Below, one piece after another: positions 58,993 through 62,057 of a DNA stretch of 62,057 nt (positions are counted from its first letter, which is position 1; each line of letters starts with the position of its first letter). Below the pieces are notes generated by a model. It ran no database searches. It saw nothing but the letters and a program-made list of their open reading frames with translations, and was not told the origin of the DNA. Source of the stretch: a virus (taxonomy: Duplodnaviria; Caudoviricetes); the IMG/VR virus record IMGVR_UViG_3300011113_000163, positions 1-62,057 of that record, one strand, 5' to 3'. A program made the translations under genes and the position numbers.

Positions 58993-59850
58993 ATGCCAAC
59001 AGTTAACGACGAGTACAAAGGCGGGCCATTATCAGATGCACAATTAAAGGCAATGGCAACTGCAAATTATCAAACCCAAAATCCATCAACTCCTACATCA
59101 GGATATACAGGTCCTACGGAAATCATTGAATTACCTAGCAAAGGAGTATTATATCCAGAAGATCATCCATTAAAGTCTGGTAAGATTGAGATGAAGTATA
59201 TGACTGCAAAGGAAGAAGATATTCTTACCAATCAAAGTTATATCAAGCAAGGAGTAGTGCTAGATAAATTGTTTCAAGCACTTATTATAACGCCTGTTGA
59301 TTACAATGATTTATTGTTAGGCGATAAAAATGCTATCATGGTTGCAGCTCGTGTATTAGGATACGGTTCTAAATACGAAACAGATGTTATTTCTCCGGCT
59401 GGAACAAAACAACGCGTTGAAATAGATTTAACACAATTAAAAGATAAAGAAATTGATTGGTCATTGTTAGTACCTGGTAAAAATGAATTTGAATTTGAAT
59501 TACCAGCGAGCAAACATAAAATTACTTTCAAGTTATTGACACAAGCCGATAACAAAAAGATTGATGCAGAAATTACAGGACTAGCAAAAGTTAAAAAAGA
59601 AGCTCCATTAACTACACGATTGAAATATTTGATTACATCAGTTGATGGTAATACAGAAACAGCATTTATACGTAAGTTTGTTGATAATGAATTATTGGCA
59701 ATTGATAGTCGTGCAATTCGTAATTACATGTCTAGCATTACTCCAGATATTGATTTAAATGTTGATTTGGTCGATGAGGTGACCGGAGAAAGCTTTCGTA
59801 GTTCGTTTACCTTCGGATTGGACTTTTTTTGGCCTGACGCCCAAGTATAA
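58993..59850 (+). CDS. baseplate hub / tail assembly chaperone (T4 gp26-like)
   Basis: IELPSKG..MTAKEEDIL..D..AIMVAAR; duplicated ELP.S..I.FK motif; ends DFFWP; lies between tube and tape measure. Confidence 0.7.
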   Translation: MPTVNDEYKGGPLSDAQLKAMATANYQTQNPSTPTSGYTGPTEIIELPSKGVLYPEDHPLKSGKIEMKYMTAKEEDILTNQSYIKQGVVLDKLFQALIITPVDYNDLLLGDKNAIMVAARVLGYGSKYETDVISPAGTKQRVEIDLTQLKDKEIDWSLLVPGKNEFEFELPASKHKITFKLLTQADNKKIDAEITGLAKVKKEAPLTTRLKYLITSVDGNTETAFIRKFVDNELLAIDSRAIRNYMSSITPDIDLNVDLVDEVTGESFRSSFTFGLDFFWPDAQV

Positions 59851-59854
59851 AGTA

Positions 59855-60049
59855 ATGTTGCAAGAGCAACTATTCGATTTAGTATTTTTTGGTAAGGGCG
59901 GGTTTACATATTCAGATGTATGCAATATGCCAGTTTTTATACGGCATTTCTTTATAAGAAGATTGCAAAAGCATTTTGACGATGAAAAGAAAGCACATGA
60001 TAAAGCCATGAGACAATCCAAAGGAAAGGTTAAACCTGGTAAAAGATAA
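59855..60049 (+). CDS. gp51-like chaperone C-terminal segment, possibly expressed by frameshift
   Basis: GGFTYSDVCNMPVFIRHFFIRRL; no SD; frame open back across the T7 run. Confidence 0.6.
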   Translation: MLQEQLFDLVFFGKGGFTYSDVCNMPVFIRHFFIRRLQKHFDDEKKAHDKAMRQSKGKVKPGKR

Positions 60050-60075
60050 AAAGAGCTCCATCCGGAGCTTTTTTA
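60047..60075 (+). terminator. intrinsic terminator after tail chaperone genes
   Basis: TAAAAAGAGCTCC-ATCC-GGAGCTTTTTTA. Confidence 0.82.
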
Positions 60076-60083
60076 CTGATCTG

Positions 60084-60091
60084 ATATTTAT
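60084..60091 (+). promoter_or_regulatory. putative late promoter ATATTTAT
   Basis: directly after a terminator. Confidence 0.65.
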
Positions 60092-60107
60092 ATAAAAGGT
60101 ATTAAGT

Positions 60108-60362
60108 ATGTCTAGCAATAAATTTGAACAAAAAGCTTTAAAACAAATCAATCTTAATGAAGGATTGATTAGTACAATAGCTGGATTTTTTTTAGGATCT
60201 AAATTTCGATCATCAATGCGAGAGTTAGAAAAGATGAAAAAAGATGATCCTACTTTAAAAGCTGATATAGCTAGCTTTTATCAAAATTATAAATCATTAC
60301 GAAACCAATTAGATACAATCTGCGATAAACATCCGAATTTACCGAATTGTAAAGATAGATAA
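60108..60362 (+). CDS. small hypothetical protein
   Basis: 84 aa; NLNE followed by GLISTIAGFFLG. Confidence 0.55.
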   Translation: MSSNKFEQKALKQINLNEGLISTIAGFFLGSKFRSSMRELEKMKKDDPTLKADIASFYQNYKSLRNQLDTICDKHPNLPNCKDR

Positions 60363-62057
60363 TGGCTGAATATTCTAAAGAACAAATAAAGTTACTGCAA
60401 GAAGCTCAGAGTCTTTTTGAAATGACAGAGATAAGCTTAGACAGGCAAGCTGACATTCAAAATGATATTTTACTGGGTACAATAAAAAATAACAACGAAT
60501 TATTAAACTCATTAAAGTATCTTGAAGAAATAGAAGCTCAAGAGCGTGTGATACAAAAAGTAGAAGAGGCACGTGAAAAAGCTTTAAACGACTATGCGGG
60601 AGTACTGCAAAGTACATTAAAGCCGATGACTAAATTAAACGAGTTAACGGCTAAGGGGTTAAAAGAGGATAAAGAAAAAATTTCACGTGCAGTACAGTTA
60701 GGTCAAATAACTCAAGATCAAGCAAATGATTTATTGAAACAATTAGATACTTTAGAAAGAATTAGTAAAAATCCTATAGCGAAAGAAGGTTTCATAGCTG
60801 CGGGCACGAGTATAGAAAAAATGCAAAGTAGCATCGATGGTTTCATGAAAAGCTTACCAGGCGGCCCGTTTTTATCAAAAGCTTTAGGTTTAGATAAACT
60901 TGGAGAAAAATTACAAAACAATTTGATAAGTGGTGGTAAATTAGGTTTTTTAGGAGTAATAGCGGCTGCGGGGATATTATTTACTTTATTAAAAAGTATA
61001 TCAGATGAAGCCAAAAAGTTATCAACCGAAACTGGTTTAACGTTCGGCCAGGCTATGAAGCTTAATAATGAAATGAGAGAAGCTTCAACTGCATATGGCG
61101 TAACATTGGCAACTCAAGAAGACTTAGTTGCAGTTCAAAAAGAATCAATTGCTGAATTTGGTAATGCCGCAATACTATCAGGCGAAGTAGCTGCCAGTGT
61201 TGCAGAGACAGGTAAAGCCTTTGGATACGGCGCAATGGAAGCAGGTAAAGTAAATGCTGTCTTTATGCAAATGGGAATATCAGGTACAGAGGCTGCAGAT
61301 GCACAACAAGACTTAGCAGCATCGGCACTTAAAGCCGGCGTCAATGTTGGCGCTGTAATGAAAGATATTTCTACCAATTCTAAAGAGGTTGCTAAATACT
61401 TTGGCGGTAATGTTAAGGCATTGAAAGACGCTGCTATAGAAGCTCAGAAGTTAGGAATGAGTTTAGCTACAATGGGCAGGATAGCAGACTCATTGTTAGA
61501 CTTTGAAACAAGTATTTCAAATCAATTTGAATTCCAAGCACTTACCGGCAAACAAATTAATTTAGACAGTGCACGTCAATTGGCGTTGCAAGGAGATATT
61601 GCCGGAGCAGCAAAAGAGGTTGTAAATCAATTTGGTAGTTTAGCAGAGTTGCAAGCCCAAGGTCCTATTGCAATGGAGTCGGCAGCAAAAGCGGCCGGTA
61701 TGACAGTTGACGAATTGACTAAGTCAATGTATGTACAAGAAACCTTAGGTGACTTAACGAAAGAACAGCAAGCTGCTATGACTAACTTAGGATTGTCTGC
61801 TGCTGAATTACAAGACATGAGTAAAGAACAATTGCAAGCTGAATTGGCAAAACAACAATCAATTGATCAATCGGCTAAAGCATTTGAAGATATAAAAAAT
61901 ACTTTTATGACTGCATTGGCTCCGTTAGCCGAGTCATTTGGTAGCATTATTTCATCGTTAGTTCCAATATTACGAGTTATTGGACAAATAATAAGTGTAG
62001 CATTTATACCTATAGGATGGGCAGTCGATGCAGTAAGTACTTTAGTAGATTTATTTA
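60362..62057 (+). CDS. tail tape measure protein (truncated by window end)
   Basis: ATG at 60362 (TAATG overlap); MAEYSKEQIKLL..., Ala/Gln/Leu-rich helical sequence that appears open to the window end (hence absent from the ORF track); follows the chaperone genes. Confidence 0.8.
   Translation, partial: MAEYSKEQIKLLQEAQSLFEMTEISLDRQADIQNDILLGTIKNNNELLNSLKYLEEIEAQERVIQKVEEAREKALNDYAGVLQSTLKPMTKLNELTAKGLKEDKEKISRAVQLGQITQDQANDLLKQLDTLERISKNPIAKEGFIAAGTSIEKMQSSIDGFMKSLPGGPFLSKALGLDKLGEKLQNNLISGGKLGFLGVIAAAGILFTLLKSISDEAKKLSTETGLTFGQAMKLNNEMREASTAYGVTLATQEDLVAVQKESIAEFGNAAILSGEVAASVAETGKAFGYGAMEAGKVNAVFMQMGISGTEAADAQQDLAASALKAGVNVGAVMKDISTNSKEVAKYFGGNVKALKDAAIEAQKLGMSLATMGRIADSLLDFETSISNQFEFQALTGKQINLDSARQLALQGDIAGAAKEVVNQFGSLAELQAQGPIAMESAAKAAGMTVDELTKSMYVQETLGDLTKEQQAAMTNLGLSAAELQDMSKEQLQAELAKQQSIDQSAKAFEDIKNTFMTALAPLAESFGSIISSLVPILRVIGQIISVAFIPIGWAVDAVSTLVDLF

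Noticed and set aside
11206-60091. Reading TATTTATA as T4 late promoters firing on the minus strand
   Set aside because: No credible minus-strand genes; placement after terminators and inside the HNH hairpin fits + strand use, though antisense activity is not excluded
161-61818. Minus-strand and alternate-frame ORFs in the track (e.g. 39813..40469, 52267..52953, 53770..54393, 12122..12433, 39625..39816)
   Set aside because: Nearly all lie over convincing + strand genes and mirror their codon bias; 39625..39816 runs across a terminator; none has a recognisable motif
1-62057. Stop-codon reassignment as in some Bacteroidota phages
   Set aside because: Core genes are full length in the standard code, and TAG (27703, 39662, 57369) and TGA both end genes at sensible places
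1-62057. CRISPR array, tRNA or rRNA genes
   Set aside because: Intergenic gaps are short, and I saw no repeat-spacer pattern or cloverleaf by eye

Overview
62 kb segment of a large AT-rich T4-like myovirus genome, with all genes on the + strand in the standard code. It holds the virion morphogenesis region: baseplate (gp25- and gp6-like), fibres, large terminase, portal, prohead protease, scaffold, major capsid, neck, tail sheath, tail tube, tail chaperone and the start of the tape measure. It also carries a T7 endo I-like nuclease, a primase, a fused SbcD-SbcC nuclease, PhoH, a free-standing HNH endonuclease and a phage ribosomal protein bS21. Several signals point to a Bacteroidota host. 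The most interesting feature is an apparent two-tier expression design. bS21, primase and terminase sit behind TTG-N20-TAnnTT host-type promoters and lack Shine-Dalgarno (SD) sites. Most structural genes follow a repeated ATATTTAT motif and carry AGGA/GAGG SD sites, which suggests the phage bS21 retunes normally SD-blind host ribosomes. Other candidates are an RBS-sequestering hairpin on the HNH gene, a +1/-2 tail-chaperone frameshift, protease-processed internal head proteins (including a nucleotidyltransferase/ligase-like fusion), a non-canonical spanin-like pair and short shared peptide motifs on virion proteins. All calls come from reading motifs by eye; no searches were run.
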